NCBI GenBank assembly: GCA_041611735.1
Contig: JBFIML010000017.1
Span: 386 to 64,385 of the forward strand
DNA length: 64,000 bases
Source: Myxococcota bacterium
GTDB taxonomy: Bacteria; Myxococcota_A; UBA9160; PR03
Direction: 5' to 3'
Shown here: positions 20,261 to 32,805 of the stretch, in pieces
How positions within the stretch are numbered: the stretch's first letter is position 1
Layout: the number at the start of each line of letters is the position of its first letter
Notes under the pieces: generated by a model
Told to the model about the DNA's origin: nothing
The model's database searches: none
The model's input: the letters and a program-made list of their open reading frames with translations, nothing else
Translations under genes and position numbers: made by a program

Positions 20261-21789
20261 AGAGCGGCCGGGAGGTCGAGGAGCGCCGCGAGCGCATCCG
20301 CAAGGGCGGGGCGCCGCGCTACCACGAGAAGGCGGCGCAGCAGGGAAAGCTGTTCTGCCGCGAGCGCCTGGCCCTGCTCCTGGATGCGGACTCCTTCGTG
20401 GAGGACGCCGCCTTCGCCAACAGCCTGGACCCGGAGCTGCCCGCCGACGGGGTGGTGACGGGCAGCGGGGCGATCGACGGGCGCACCGTGTGCGTCATGG
20501 CCAACGATTCCACCGTCAAGGCGGGCTCCTGGGGCCGGCGCACGGTGGAGAAGATCCTGCGCATCCAGGAGCGCGCCGAGCGGCTGCGGGTGCCGCTCCT
20601 GTACCTGATCGACTCGGCGGGCGCGCGCATCACGGACCAGGTGGAGATGTTCCCGGGTCGCCGCGGGGCGGGCCGCATCTTCTTCAACCAGTGCCGGCTC
20701 TCGGGGCTGATTCCGCAGGTCTGCCTGCTGTTCGGCCCCTCGGCCGCGGGCGGAGCGTACATCCCGGCCTTCTGCGACGTGGTGTTCATGGTGGAGGGCA
20801 ACGCCAGCATGTACCTCGGCTCGCCGCGCATGGCCGAGATGGCCATCGGGGAGCGCACGACCCTCGAGGAGATGGGCGGAGCGCGCATGCATTGCAGCGT
20901 CTCGGGCTGCGGGGACTGGCTGGCCGGCGACGAGCGGGAAGCCATCGCCGCCGCTCGCGCCTACCTGGCCTATCTCCCCGCCCATGCGGAGGCAGCGCTC
21001 CCCACGGCGCCGCCCCGCCCTCCGGCCCGGGACTGTGCGGACCTGGAGCAGGTGATCCCGCGCGACGAGAACAAGCCCTTCGACATGCGCCTGGTGATCG
21101 AGCGCCTGGTGGACGCGGATTCCTTCTTCGAGATCAAGAAGCTCTGGGCCGGCGAGCTGCTGACCGGGCTCGCGCGCATCGAGGGCCAGCCCATCGGGGT
21201 CCTGGCCAACCAGCCCAAGGTGAAGGGCGGCGTGCTGTTCGTGGACTCGGCCGACAAGGGCGCGCGCTTCGTGTGGCTGTGCGACGCCTTCGGCATCCCG
21301 CTGCTCTACCTGGCCGACGTACCCGGCTTCATGATCGGCAAGAAGATCGAGCGCGAGGGCATCATCCGCGCCGGCGCCAAGATGATCATGGCGGTGGCGG
21401 AGACCACGGTGCCGCGCCTCTCGGTGATCCTGCGCAAGGCCTACGGGGCGGGGCTCTACGCCATGAGCGGACCGGGCTTCGCCCCGGACGCCTGTCTCGC
21501 CCTGCCGGGCGCCATGATCGCCGTGATGGGGCCCGAGGCCGCCGTGAACGCGGTCTACTACAAGAAGATCCAGGCGCTGCCGGAGGCCGAGCGGGCTGCC
21601 GTGGTGGAGAAGCTGCGCGACGAGTTCCGCCAGGACGTGGACGTGGAGCACCTGGCCAGCGAGCTCGTGATCGACGACGTGGTGCCCCCCGCCCGCCTGC
21701 GGGAGGAGGTGGCCACGCGCCTGCGCACGCTGCGGACGCGACCCCGGGACCCGGCGCCCCCCAAGCGCCGCAGCGTGACCCCCGTCTAG
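20257..21789 (+). CDS. acyl-CoA carboxylase carboxyltransferase subunit (methylcrotonyl-CoA carboxylase beta-like)
   Basis: DSAGARI, AAGGAY, EEMGGA, DVPGFMIG, RKAYGAG, VMGPE; context with HMG-CoA lyase. Confidence 0.92.
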   Translation: MKSGREVEERRERIRKGGAPRYHEKAAQQGKLFCRERLALLLDADSFVEDAAFANSLDPELPADGVVTGSGAIDGRTVCVMANDSTVKAGSWGRRTVEKILRIQERAERLRVPLLYLIDSAGARITDQVEMFPGRRGAGRIFFNQCRLSGLIPQVCLLFGPSAAGGAYIPAFCDVVFMVEGNASMYLGSPRMAEMAIGERTTLEEMGGARMHCSVSGCGDWLAGDEREAIAAARAYLAYLPAHAEAALPTAPPRPPARDCADLEQVIPRDENKPFDMRLVIERLVDADSFFEIKKLWAGELLTGLARIEGQPIGVLANQPKVKGGVLFVDSADKGARFVWLCDAFGIPLLYLADVPGFMIGKKIEREGIIRAGAKMIMAVAETTVPRLSVILRKAYGAGLYAMSGPGFAPDACLALPGAMIAVMGPEAAVNAVYYKKIQALPEAERAAVVEKLRDEFRQDVDVEHLASELVIDDVVPPARLREEVATRLRTLRTRPRDPAPPKRRSVTPV

Positions 21790-23438
21790 CGGCAGCTTGC
21801 GCGAAGCGGCAGCCGGATCGCGAAGCGGGTCGTCACGAAGACGACGTAGGCGAGCACGAATACGCTCGAGACCACGAATATCTCGTCTACGTCGTCCACC
21901 AGGAGAGCCGCGCTCTGGGAGAGCGCCGCGAGAACCAACAGACCCACCGCGGCTTCGAGTCGGGGTGCCAGGAGCAGGGCGTAGCCGGCGAGGATCGCGT
22001 AGTAATAGCAGGTGAGCTCGGTGGCGATCGGGACGAGCCCGATGCCGAGAACGGCCGCCATCCAGGGGGGCTGACCGCGCGTGGCCAGCACCAGCAACCC
22101 GAAGAAGGCGCCGACCAGGATGCCGTAGCCCGCCCGGCGCGAGGCGAACGTCTCGCGGCGCAGACGCTTCCACTCGCCGACCGGATCGACGGCCTCGTCC
22201 TCCAGGGTCAGCTCGGAGCGGTGCGCCGAATCCCAGGCGATCACGGGTGCAAGCCCCATGTGGTTCAGCATCGGCGTCGAGACCAGGGTGCGCGCCCGCT
22301 CCGCGAAGCCCGGCCAGACTTCGACACCGCCCAGGGCGAGCGAGGAGAGCGCCAGGAGCGCCACGCCCGCGCCGAGCATGCCCGCCAGCAGGCGCCGTTC
22401 GACGCGCTCGAGCGTTGCGTGCCGATCTTCGAGCCAGCGTCCAAGCAGGCGCGCGAGCAATCCTCCCAGGAGCAGTACGGGGAAGAGTCGCAGCGAGGCC
22501 GCCCACGCCAAGGACGCACCCGCCCAGGCGGGATAACCCCGGCGCAGCAGCGCGACGGCTGCCAACGAGGCGAACAGCCAGTCCTGGCGCAAGAAGGCGC
22601 CCGCGGTCCAGGATCCTGCCGCGGGAAAGAAGCTGCCCAGGAAGATCGCCACCACGGCCAGCTGCTGGACTCCGAACGCCCAGGCGATCACGGCGCCGGT
22701 GGCGGCGAGCAAGAGCAGATCGACGAGAGCCAGGGCGTGCACCAGCGCGGGCGTGGCGGGGCCGAGGCGCGCCAGCGCCCGGCCGAGGAGCGCCCAGGCG
22801 GGCGTTCCGTTGAAGCCGTGGTCGTGCAGGACGCCCTCCCAGCGCGCCGGCGAAAAGTGGCGCCGCAAGAGCCGCACGTCCCAGCGGAAGTCGCGCCAGC
22901 GCTCGGCCGTGAAGTGACGCCGACAGCGCTCCGGCGCGGCCAGAACGGCGTCGGCGAAGACGATGCGATTGGTCTCGAGGTCGCGCTGCCGCCGCGTCCG
23001 GACCCGTCCGACGAGGCCGTCCTCGTGGTCCGCGAGGGTGGCGCAGGCGTAGAGGCGCGTGTAGCCGAGCTCGGGGAAGTACTTGGCATTCAGGTAGTAG
23101 TGGAAGAACTCGTGGTAGTGGATCGACTCGCCGCGCGCGACCCGAAGCGCTGGCATCCAGAGCAGGAAGCCTGCGGCGCCGAGGGCGAGGAGCGTGCCGT
23201 CGACCGCGCGGGCGGCGGCGGGGGTTCGGGCGCGCGTCCGGGCCAGCAGCAGCGCGGCGCCGGCCAACGCGAGGCCGGCGCGCAGCATGGGCCGGCGGGG
23301 GACCGCGGTGGGGTGACGGGGAGCCGGGCCCCGGCTTGCGACCGCGAGCGCGGAGCCACCGAGCACCGGCTCGCCGACGGCCTCCCCTGCGGGGGCGACC
23401 AGGAGCGCAAAGGTCAGGAGGAGCAGCAGGCGCCGCAC
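21786..23438 (-). CDS. polytopic membrane protein of unknown function, possibly GT-C/GT87-like glycosyltransferase
   Basis: Many TM segments, large loop with HYYLNAKYFPELGY and DHGFNGTP, later RQDWL and LRLFP motifs; start uncertain. Confidence 0.6.
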   Translation of the reverse strand: MRRLLLLLTFALLVAPAGEAVGEPVLGGSALAVASRGPAPRHPTAVPRRPMLRAGLALAGAALLLARTRARTPAAARAVDGTLLALGAAGFLLWMPALRVARGESIHYHEFFHYYLNAKYFPELGYTRLYACATLADHEDGLVGRVRTRRQRDLETNRIVFADAVLAAPERCRRHFTAERWRDFRWDVRLLRRHFSPARWEGVLHDHGFNGTPAWALLGRALARLGPATPALVHALALVDLLLLAATGAVIAWAFGVQQLAVVAIFLGSFFPAAGSWTAGAFLRQDWLFASLAAVALLRRGYPAWAGASLAWAASLRLFPVLLLGGLLARLLGRWLEDRHATLERVERRLLAGMLGAGVALLALSSLALGGVEVWPGFAERARTLVSTPMLNHMGLAPVIAWDSAHRSELTLEDEAVDPVGEWKRLRRETFASRRAGYGILVGAFFGLLVLATRGQPPWMAAVLGIGLVPIATELTCYYYAILAGYALLLAPRLEAAVGLLVLAALSQSAALLVDDVDEIFVVSSVFVLAYVVFVTTRFAIRLPLRASCR

Positions 23439-23522
23439 GCGGGCAGTCTATAACGAGGGACCGTCCAGGCAGGATGGGTGGGGCAGGCGGTCCATCCCTT
23501 CGGGGAGCTTGCCTCGCTGGGG

Positions 23523-23550
23523 TTGGCCAGTTAACGTAAAGTGGTAGACA
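23523..23550 (+). promoter_or_regulatory. promoter/operator region with LiuR-like site GTTAACGTAAA
   Basis: AT-rich element directly upstream of the MerR gene; matches part of the LiuR palindrome TTTACGTwwACGTAAA. Confidence 0.5.
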
Positions 23551-23978
23551 TGATCTCGAAGCAGCCGAGCTCGGAGCAGGCCCGCGACGCGCTGGGCATC
23601 GCCCAGGTGTGCGAGGCTGCGGGCCTCTCGCCGCGCACCGTGCGCTACTACGAGGAGCTCGGGCTGCTCCCGGGCGTGCGCCGCCGCAACGGCGGCCGCC
23701 GCGTCTACGGACGCGACGAGCTCGAGCGTCTGCGCTTCATCCGCCGCCTGAAGGCCCTCGGCCTGCCCCTCGCGGAGATCCGCGAGCTGAACGCCGTCTA
23801 CGCCATCGCCGGATCCACGCAGGCCCTGCTCGAGAGGCTCGACGAGCTGCTGCTGCGCCACCGGGCCGAGCTCGACCGCCGGCTCGCGGAGCTGGCGGGG
23901 CTGCGCGAAGAGATCGAGAAGTACCGCAGCCGCGTGGCGAGCCGCATCCACGCGCTCGGCGAAGCGAAGCAGCCGTGA
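23550..23978 (+). CDS. MerR-family regulator (LiuR-like)
   Basis: GLSPRTVRYYEELGLL, GRRVY, LGLPLAEI, coiled-coil tail; alternative GTG start at 23541. Confidence 0.92.
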   Translation: MISKQPSSEQARDALGIAQVCEAAGLSPRTVRYYEELGLLPGVRRRNGGRRVYGRDELERLRFIRRLKALGLPLAEIRELNAVYAIAGSTQALLERLDELLLRHRAELDRRLAELAGLREEIEKYRSRVASRIHALGEAKQP

Positions 23979-26900
23979 GCACGGCGCCGCGACTGGCTGC
24001 GGTCCCGCGGCCCGGGAGCCCGGTGCGGGTGGTGACCGCCGCCTCCCTGTTCGACGGCCACGACGCCTCCATCAACATCGTGCGGCGCCTGCTTCAGGCG
24101 CAGGGCGCCGAGGTGATCCACCTGGGCCACGACCGTTCCGTGGACGAGGTGGTGGAGGCCGCCACCCAGGAGGATGCCCATGCCGTGGCGGTCTCCTCCT
24201 ACCAGGGCGGCCACCTGGAGTTCTTCCGCTACCTGGTGGATCGGCTGCGCGAACGCGATGCGGGGCACGTGCGCGTCTACGGGGGCGGCGGCGGGACCAT
24301 TGCGCCCCACGAGATCGAGGCCCTGCACGCCCACGGGGTGGCCCGCGTCTTCAGCCCCGAGGACGGCCGCCGCCTCGGCCTGGAGGGCATGATCGCGGCG
24401 ATCCTGGAGCAGGCCCGCCAACGGCCGGACCGGGACCCGGAGGCGGCCCTGGCGCGGCTCTCCCCGGACGAGCCCGCGGCGGTGGCCCACCTGGTCACCT
24501 GGCTGGAGGAGGAGGGTCCGCGCGGCGGACCCCAGGTGGAGCACGTGCGGCGCGCCCTGGCCAGCCGGCGGCGCGAGCCCCCGGCCCCGGTGGTGGGCTT
24601 CACGGGGACGGGCGGCTCCGGCAAGTCGAGCGTCGTGGACGAGGTGGTGCGCCGGCTGCGCCGGGACCGGCCCGCAGCGAGCCTCGCCTGCCTGCTGGTG
24701 GACCCCACGCGCCGGCGCAGCGGCGGCGCCCTGCTCGGCGACCGCATCCGCATGAACGCGATCCACGCCCCGCGCATCTACGTGCGCTCGTTGGCGACCC
24801 GCCAGGCGCACCTGGCCCTCTCCCAGGCGGTCCGCGATGCGGTAGCGGTGCTCCAGGCCGCGGGCTTCGACCTGGTGCTGGTGGAGACCGCGGGCATCGG
24901 CCAGAGCGATTCGGAGATCGTGGAGCTCGCCGACGTGTCCGTCTACGTGATGACGCCCGAGTACGGCGCCCCCTCGCAGCTCGAGAAGATCGACATGCTC
25001 GACCTGGCGGACCTGGTGGTCCTGAACAAGTCCGACCGCCAGGGAGCCGCGGACGCCCTGCGCGACGTGCGCAAGCAGTGGCGGCGCAACCGCGTCGCCT
25101 TCGAGACGCCCGACGATGCGCTGCCGGTCTTCCCGACCGTGGCGAGCCGCTTCCAGGATCCGGGCACCGAGCGCTTCTACCGGGCCCTGGCGGCGCGCCT
25201 GGCCGGCCTCACGCCCGAGGCGGGCCCGGCCCCGGCCGCCCCGGCGCCCCTGGTGCCGGGCGCGCGCTCCCGCTACCTGGCGGAGATCGCGGCGAGCGTG
25301 CGGGCCCACCGCACCCGCAGCGAGCAGGAGGCCGAGCGGGCGGGCAGCGCGTGGGCCCTGGCCCGGGCGCTGCGGGCCTGCGGCGACGAGCCGCCCGCCG
25401 CTCTCGCCCGCCTGGCGGCGGCAGACCTGGCGGAGGGCGCCGCGGCCCCGGAGGTGCTGGCCCTGCGCCGCCGCTACGACGCGGCCCTGGCCGGGCTCGG
25501 GGCCGAGACGCGCCGCCGCCTGGCCGCCTGGCCCGCCCTGCGCGCCCGCTACGCGGCGGAGGCCCAGAGCTACCGCGTTCGCGAGCGGGAGATCCGCGTG
25601 GAGAACTACGCCGAGACCCTCTCCGGGACGCGGCTTCCGAAGGTCGCCCTGCCGCGGCTGGAGGACTGGGGCCAGGTGGTGCGCTGGAGCGGCCTCGAGA
25701 ACGTGCCCGGCCAGTTCCCGTACACGGCCGGCGTCTTCCCCTTCAAGCGCGAGGAGGAGGACCCGACCCGCATGTTCGCGGGCCAGGGCACCCCCGAGCG
25801 CACCAACCGTCGCTTCCACCTGCTCTCGCACGGGACCCGGGTGGCCCGGCTGTCCACCGCCTTCGACAGCGTGACCCTCTACGGCCGCGACCCGGACCCG
25901 CGGCCCGACGTCTGGGGCAAGGTCGGGAACTCGGGCGTCTCGGTCTGCACCGTGGACGATGCCAAGAAGCTCTACTCGGGCTTCGACCTGTGCGCACCCA
26001 CCACGTCCGTCTCCATGACCATCAACGGCCCGGCCCCGGTGGTGCTGGCCTTCTTCCTGAACGCCGCCATCGACCAGGGCGTGGAGCGCCACCTGCGCCA
26101 GAGCGGACGCCTGGAGGAGGTCCGGCGCCGCTTCGCGGCCCGGGGGCTGCCCGCCTACGCGGGCGACCTGCCCGAGGGCCACGACGGCCTCGGGCTCGGG
26201 CTCCTCGGCATCGCCGGCCACGAGGCCGTCGACCCGGACAGCTACGCCCGCATCCGTGCCGACGTGCTGCGCAGCGTGCGCGGCACCGTCCAGGCCGACA
26301 TCCTGAAGGAAGACCAGGCCCAGAACACCTGCATCTTCTCCACCGAGTTCGCCCTGCGCATGATGGGCGACGTGCAGGCCTCCTTCGTGGCCAACCAGGT
26401 GCGCAACTTCTACTCGGTCTCCGTCTCCGGCTACCACATGGCCGAGGCGGGTGCGAACCCGATCACCCAGCTCGCCTTCACCCTGGCCAACGCCTTCACC
26501 TATGTGGAGTACTACCTGGCGCGCGGCATGGACGTGAACCAGTTCGCGCGCAACTTCTCCTTCTTCTTCAGCAACGGCCTCGACGCGGAGTACGCGGTGA
26601 TCGGCCGGGTGGCCCGGCGCATCTGGGCCGTGGCCCTGCGCGACCGCTACGGGGCCGACGCCCGCAGCCAGAAGCTCAAGTACCACGTGCAGACCTCCGG
26701 GCGTTCGCTCCACGCCCGGGAGATGGCCTTCAACGACATCCGCACCACCCTGCAGGCGCTCACGGCGATCCAGGACCACTGCAACAGCCTGCACACCAAC
26801 GCCTACGACGAGGCCGTGACCACGCCCACGGAGGAATCGGTGCGGCGCGCCCTGGCCATCCAGCTCATCATCAGCCGGGAGCTCGGGGTGGCCCGCAGCG

Positions 26901-27379
26901 AGAATCCGCTGCAGGGCGCCTTCCTGACCGACGAACTCACGGACCGCGTCGAGGAGGCGGTGCTGGCCGAGTTCGAGCGCCTCTCGGAGCGCGGCGGCGT
27001 ACTCGGCGCCATGGAGACCCTCTACCAGCGCAGCCGCATCCAGGAGGAGAGCCTGCGCTACGAGTCCCTCAAGCACTCGGGCGCGCTCCCGGTGGTCGGG
27101 GTCAACACCTTCCTGGGGCCCGGCGCGCCGGAGGCGCCGCCCCCGACCGCGCTGGTGCGCGCCAGCGAGACGGAGAAGCACCAGCAGTTCGACCACCTGC
27201 GCGCCTTCCAGGCCCGCCACGCGGAGCGCACCCCGGCGGCCCTGCGGCGCCTCCAGGAGGTGGCCAGTGCGCGCGGGAACCTCTTCGACGAGCTGCTGCA
27301 AACCGTCCAGTGCGCGAGCCTCGGGCAGATCAGCGCGGCGCTCTTCGAAGTGGGCGGGCGCTACCGACGCTCCATGTAG
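23975..27379 (+). CDS. icmF: fused isobutyryl-CoA mutase/GTPase IcmF
   Basis: N-terminal B12-binding FDGHDAS, MeaI GTPase ([20 protein letters not shown]), mutase domain with [26 protein letters not shown]. Confidence 0.95.
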   Translation: MSTAPRLAAVPRPGSPVRVVTAASLFDGHDASINIVRRLLQAQGAEVIHLGHDRSVDEVVEAATQEDAHAVAVSSYQGGHLEFFRYLVDRLRERDAGHVRVYGGGGGTIAPHEIEALHAHGVARVFSPEDGRRLGLEGMIAAILEQARQRPDRDPEAALARLSPDEPAAVAHLVTWLEEEGPRGGPQVEHVRRALASRRREPPAPVVGFTGTGGSGKSSVVDEVVRRLRRDRPAASLACLLVDPTRRRSGGALLGDRIRMNAIHAPRIYVRSLATRQAHLALSQAVRDAVAVLQAAGFDLVLVETAGIGQSDSEIVELADVSVYVMTPEYGAPSQLEKIDMLDLADLVVLNKSDRQGAADALRDVRKQWRRNRVAFETPDDALPVFPTVASRFQDPGTERFYRALAARLAGLTPEAGPAPAAPAPLVPGARSRYLAEIAASVRAHRTRSEQEAERAGSAWALARALRACGDEPPAALARLAAADLAEGAAAPEVLALRRRYDAALAGLGAETRRRLAAWPALRARYAAEAQSYRVREREIRVENYAETLSGTRLPKVALPRLEDWGQVVRWSGLENVPGQFPYTAGVFPFKREEEDPTRMFAGQGTPERTNRRFHLLSHGTRVARLSTAFDSVTLYGRDPDPRPDVWGKVGNSGVSVCTVDDAKKLYSGFDLCAPTTSVSMTINGPAPVVLAFFLNAAIDQGVERHLRQSGRLEEVRRRFAARGLPAYAGDLPEGHDGLGLGLLGIAGHEAVDPDSYARIRADVLRSVRGTVQADILKEDQAQNTCIFSTEFALRMMGDVQASFVANQVRNFYSVSVSGYHMAEAGANPITQLAFTLANAFTYVEYYLARGMDVNQFARNFSFFFSNGLDAEYAVIGRVARRIWAVALRDRYGADARSQKLKYHVQTSGRSLHAREMAFNDIRTTLQALTAIQDHCNSLHTNAYDEAVTTPTEESVRRALAIQLIISRELGVARSENPLQGAFLTDELTDRVEEAVLAEFERLSERGGVLGAMETLYQRSRIQEESLRYESLKHSGALPVVGVNTFLGPGAPEAPPPTALVRASETEKHQQFDHLRAFQARHAERTPAALRRLQEVASARGNLFDELLQTVQCASLGQISAALFEVGGRYRRSM

Positions 27380-27440
27380 GGCCGGGGCGGTCGGCTATGT
27401 TGGGGACGATGCGCCGCCCGCGGCGCGAACGGAGTCGAGC

Positions 27441-29588
27441 ATGAGCAAGCGAGCGAAAGCGGATCGCGAGGCCTGGCGCGCGCTGGCCCGCAAGGAGCTG
27501 CGCGGCCAGGACCCGGAGCAGCTGGCCTGGGAGACGCCCGAGGGGCTGCGCGTCGCGCCCCTCTACACCGCGAGCGACCTCGAGGCCGTCGAGTTCACCG
27601 ACACGCTGCCGGGACTGTGGCCCTACGTGCGCGGGCCGCGAGCCACCATGTACGCCAACCGGGCCTGGACCATCCGGCAGTACGGGGGCTTCTCCACCGC
27701 CGAGGAGACCAATGCCTTCTTCCGCCAGAACCTGGCCGCCGGCCAGCAGGGACTGTCGGTGGCCTTCGACCTGGCCACGCACCGGGGCTACGACTCGGAC
27801 CACCCGCGCGTGCTCGGCGACGTGGGCAAGGCGGGCGTCGCCATTGGCACCGTGGAGGACATGAAGCGCCTCTTCGAGGGGATCCCTCTCGACCAGGTGT
27901 CGGTCTCCATGACCATGAACGGGGCGGTGCTGCCGGTCCTGGCCTGCTTCGTGGTGGCGGGGGAGGAGCAGGGCGTCGCAGCGGAGAAGCTGGCCGGGAC
28001 GATCCAGAACGACATCCTGAAGGAGTTCATGGTCCGGAACACCTTCATCTATCCGCCCGAGCCGAGCATGCGCATCGTGGCGGACGTGATCGAGTACACC
28101 GCCCGCCACATGCCGCGCTTCAACTCGATCTCGATCAGCGGCTACCACATGCAGGAAGCCGGCGCGAACACGGTGCTCGAGCTGGCCTTCACCCTGGCCG
28201 ACGGCCTGGAGTACGTGCGGGCGGCGCTCTCCAAGGGGCTCGACGTGGACGCCTTCGCGCCGCGTCTCTCCTTCTTCTTCGCCATCGGCATGAACTTCTA
28301 CCTGGAGGTGGCGAAGCTGCGAGCCGCGCGCCGGCTGTGGGCGGAGCTCATGCGCGAGTTCGGGCCGAAGGATCCCGGCTCCAGCATGCTGCGCACCCAC
28401 TGCCAGACCTCGGGGGCGAGCCTCACCTACCAGGACCCGCTCAACAACGTGGTGCGCACCACCATCGAGGCGATGGCCGCCGTGTTCGGCGGGACCCAGT
28501 CGCTCCACACCAACGCCTACGACGAAGCGCTGGCCCTGCCCAGCGAGACGAGCGCCCGCATCGCCCGCAACACGCAGCTGATCCTCCAGGAGGAGACCGG
28601 GATCCCCCATGTGATCGACCCGTTCGGCGGCTCGTACTTCATGGAGTCCCTGACGGCGAGCGTGGCCGCGGCGGCCCGGGAGGTGATCGCGGAGGTGGAG
28701 AGCCTGGGGGGCATGGCCAAGGCCATCGAGGCGGGGATGCCGAAGCTGCGCATCGAGGAGTGCGCGGCGCGCCGGCAGGCGCGCATCGACCGCGGCGAGG
28801 ACGTGGTCGTGGGCGTGAACAAGTACCGGGTCGAGACCGGGGAAGAGGAGCTGGACCTGCTCGAGGTGGACAACACCGCCGTGCGAGAGGCGCAGGTGCG
28901 CCGCCTGGCGGAGGTGCGCGGGCGCCGGGACGCCGGGGCCGTGGAGAAGGCGCTGGGCCGCCTCGAGGCCATGGCGCGCGACGGCACCGGCAACCTGCTC
29001 GAGGGCACCATCGAGGCGGTGCGGGCGCGGGCCACGGTGGGCGAGGTGTCGGAGCGGCTCGAGCGGGTCCATGGTCGCCACCGGCCCGAGACCCGCACCA
29101 TTGCGGGGGTCTACGCAGGCGTGTCGGAAGGGGACGAGGAGTACGAGTCCGTGCGCGGGGAGGTGCAGCGCTTCGCCGAGAGCGAGGGGCGCCGGCCGCG
29201 CATCCTGGTGGTGAAGCTCGGGCAGGACGGGCACGACCGCGGCATGAAGGTGATCGCCACGGCCTTCGCGGACCTGGGCTTCGACGTGGACATCGGGCCG
29301 CTGTTCCAGATGCCCGAGGAGGCGGCCCGTCAGGCCATCGAGAACGACGTGCATGCGGTGGGCGTGTCCACCCAGGCGGGCGGCCACAAGACCCTGATCC
29401 CGCAGCTGGTGGAGGCGTTGCGGGCGGCGGGCGGGGAGGACGTGGCGGTGGTGGCCGGCGGCATCATCCCGCCCCGCGACCACGCCGGGCTGCGCAAGCA
29501 AGGCGTCGCGGCCGTGTTCGGACCGGGCACCCCGATCCCGAAGGCGGCCCGCGAGGTGCTCCAGGCGATCCGGACCCGGCACGCATGA
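27441..29588 (+). CDS. scpA: methylmalonyl-CoA mutase (B12-dependent)
   Basis: [34 protein letters not shown]12 motif. Confidence 0.95.
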   Translation: MSKRAKADREAWRALARKELRGQDPEQLAWETPEGLRVAPLYTASDLEAVEFTDTLPGLWPYVRGPRATMYANRAWTIRQYGGFSTAEETNAFFRQNLAAGQQGLSVAFDLATHRGYDSDHPRVLGDVGKAGVAIGTVEDMKRLFEGIPLDQVSVSMTMNGAVLPVLACFVVAGEEQGVAAEKLAGTIQNDILKEFMVRNTFIYPPEPSMRIVADVIEYTARHMPRFNSISISGYHMQEAGANTVLELAFTLADGLEYVRAALSKGLDVDAFAPRLSFFFAIGMNFYLEVAKLRAARRLWAELMREFGPKDPGSSMLRTHCQTSGASLTYQDPLNNVVRTTIEAMAAVFGGTQSLHTNAYDEALALPSETSARIARNTQLILQEETGIPHVIDPFGGSYFMESLTASVAAAAREVIAEVESLGGMAKAIEAGMPKLRIEECAARRQARIDRGEDVVVGVNKYRVETGEEELDLLEVDNTAVREAQVRRLAEVRGRRDAGAVEKALGRLEAMARDGTGNLLEGTIEAVRARATVGEVSERLERVHGRHRPETRTIAGVYAGVSEGDEEYESVRGEVQRFAESEGRRPRILVVKLGQDGHDRGMKVIATAFADLGFDVDIGPLFQMPEEAARQAIENDVHAVGVSTQAGGHKTLIPQLVEALRAAGGEDVAVVAGGIIPPRDHAGLRKQGVAAVFGPGTPIPKAAREVLQAIRTRHA

Positions 29589-30574
29589 GCACCCGCCGCC
29601 TGGGGGTGGCCGCCTACCGCGACGGTGTGCGCGGCGGCGACCGGCGCCTGGTGGCCAAGACGATCACCCTGCTGGAGAGCACCCGGCGCGAGGACGCGGC
29701 CCTCGGCCAGGCCGTCCTGGAGGAGCTCGTCCCCCACACGGGCGGCGCGCTGCGGGTGGGGATCAGCGGCACGCCCGGTGTCGGCAAGAGCACCTTCGTC
29801 GAGACCCTCGGCCTGTCCCTGATCGAGCAGGGGCAGCGGGTGGCGGTGCTGGCCGTGGACCCCACCAGCCCGCGCACCGGGGGCAGCATCCTCGGCGACA
29901 AGACCCGCATGGAGCGCCTGGCCCAGCGCCCGGAGGCCTTCATCCGGCCCTCGCCCTCGGGCGGCTCCCTGGGCGGCGTGGCCCACCGCACCCGGGAGAG
30001 CCTGCTGGTGTGCGAGGCGGCTGGCTTCGACGTGGTCCTGGTGGAGACGGTCGGCATCGGCCAGTCCGAGGCCGCGGTGGCCTCCATGGTGGATTTCTTC
30101 GCCTTGCTGCTCCAGCCGGGGGCCGGCGACGAGCTGCAGGGGATCAAGAAGGGCGTGCTCGAGCTGGCCGATGCGCTGTTCGTCAACAAGGCGGACGGCC
30201 CCCAGCTCGAGGCGGCGGAGCGGGCGGCCGTGGAGTACCAGCGCGCCTTCGAGCTGCTGCGGCCCGCCTCGCCCCACTGGCGCCCGCCGGTGCTGCTGGG
30301 CAGCGGGCGCACCGGCCGCGGCGTGAAGGAGTTCTGGGCCACGGTGCGGGCGCACCGGGTCGCCGTCGAGCGCAGCGGCGAGCTGGCGGCCCGGCGCCGG
30401 GAGCAGGCGCGGGCCTGGATGTGGAGCCTGGTGGAGGAGGGGCTGCGGCAGGCGTTCCGGGCCCATCCCCGGGTGGCCGGGCGCGTGCGCAAGCTCGAGC
30501 GCGAGGTGGAGGCCCAGAAGAGCACCCCCGCCGCCGCGGCGCGAGCCCTGCTCGATGCCTTCCTCGGGGGCTGA
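29585..30574 (+). CDS. meaB: methylmalonyl-CoA mutase GTPase chaperone MeaB/ArgK
   Basis: [47 protein letters not shown]. Confidence 0.96.
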   Translation: MSTRRLGVAAYRDGVRGGDRRLVAKTITLLESTRREDAALGQAVLEELVPHTGGALRVGISGTPGVGKSTFVETLGLSLIEQGQRVAVLAVDPTSPRTGGSILGDKTRMERLAQRPEAFIRPSPSGGSLGGVAHRTRESLLVCEAAGFDVVLVETVGIGQSEAAVASMVDFFALLLQPGAGDELQGIKKGVLELADALFVNKADGPQLEAAERAAVEYQRAFELLRPASPHWRPPVLLGSGRTGRGVKEFWATVRAHRVAVERSGELAARRREQARAWMWSLVEEGLRQAFRAHPRVAGRVRKLEREVEAQKSTPAAAARALLDAFLGG

Positions 30575-30674
30575 GCGGGAAGACCGGGCGCCACCGCCTC
30601 CCCGGGGGGCGCTTCACCAGGGCCCGCTGCCTGCCGATGAGCCCGGAGCAGGGTCAGGTGCGGGGTCATCCTCC

Positions 30675-31337
30675 ATGGTGCAGATCAACATGGCCGCCCG
30701 GGAGATCACCGTGAAGGTGGTCTACTACGGACCTGCCCTCTCCGGAAAAACGACCAACCTCCAGCAGCTCCACGCCATGATCGAGCCGGTCGCGCGCGGC
30801 AAGATGGTGACCGTGGATACCGCCGACGACCGCACCCTCTACTTCGACTTCCTGCCCATCGAGTTCGGGACCGCGGGCGGCTTCTCGGTGAAGATCAAGG
30901 CCTTCACGGTGCCCGGCCAGGTCATGCACAAGTCCACGCGCAAGGTGGTGCTCGCCGGCGTCGACGCCGTGGTCTTCGTGGCCGACTCGCAGCGCGCGTC
31001 TGCCAGCGCCAACGCCTACTCCTGGCGCGACATGGAGGCGAACCTGCGCTCGAACGGCATCGACTTCGCCTCGCTGCCGAAGGTCGTGCAGTTCAACAAG
31101 CGCGACCTGCCGGACATCAAGCCCCTGCACGAGATCCGGGCCGCCTGGAGTGACGTGCCCACCTTCCCGGCGGTGGCCATCCGGGGGGAGGGCGTGCTCG
31201 AGACGCTGCGGGAGCTGCTGCGCCTGCTCTACCGCCACCTCGACGCCAAGCACCGGCTGGCCGAGAAGTTCGGCATCAGCGAGGAGAAGTTCCTCGAGGG
31301 CGTGTTCCGCAACTTCGCTCCCTCCGCCTCTGCCTGA
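30675..31337 (+). CDS. MglA-family small GTPase (no adjacent mglB)
   Basis: KVVYYGPALSGKTTNL, DRTLYFDF, TVPGQ, VFVADS, QFNKRD. Confidence 0.92.
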   Translation: MVQINMAAREITVKVVYYGPALSGKTTNLQQLHAMIEPVARGKMVTVDTADDRTLYFDFLPIEFGTAGGFSVKIKAFTVPGQVMHKSTRKVVLAGVDAVVFVADSQRASASANAYSWRDMEANLRSNGIDFASLPKVVQFNKRDLPDIKPLHEIRAAWSDVPTFPAVAIRGEGVLETLRELLRLLYRHLDAKHRLAEKFGISEEKFLEGVFRNFAPSASA

Positions 31338-31359
31338 CCCGCAGTCAGCCTGCGCCGTC

Positions 31360-31388
31360 TTGCATCTCTGCGGGCGCGCTGATACCGT
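31360..31388 (+). promoter_or_regulatory. putative sigma70 promoter of ribBA
   Basis: TTGCAT-N17-TACCGT with TGn extended -10. Confidence 0.5.
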
Positions 31389-31460
31389 CCGAAAAACGGG
31401 CACTTTCGTCTGCCCGGCCTTCATCCATGGCGCGGGGGCCTCCAGGAGGTCCGAACTCCC

Positions 31461-32732
<1,272 letters not shown>

Positions 32733-32805
32733 TGTCCCGTCCCGAGCGACCGGATCGGCTGCCAGACCACTGACGGATTTCCGAGACGAGACGGCAGGGA
32801 GCAAC

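Noticed and set aside
27380-27440. Possible cobalamin riboswitch near the B12 mutases
   Set aside because: Gap is too short and no B12-box was seen here or upstream of the MerR gene
31338-31460. Possible FMN riboswitch upstream of ribBA
   Set aside because: Leader after the predicted promoter is only about 65 nt and lacks RFN consensus blocks
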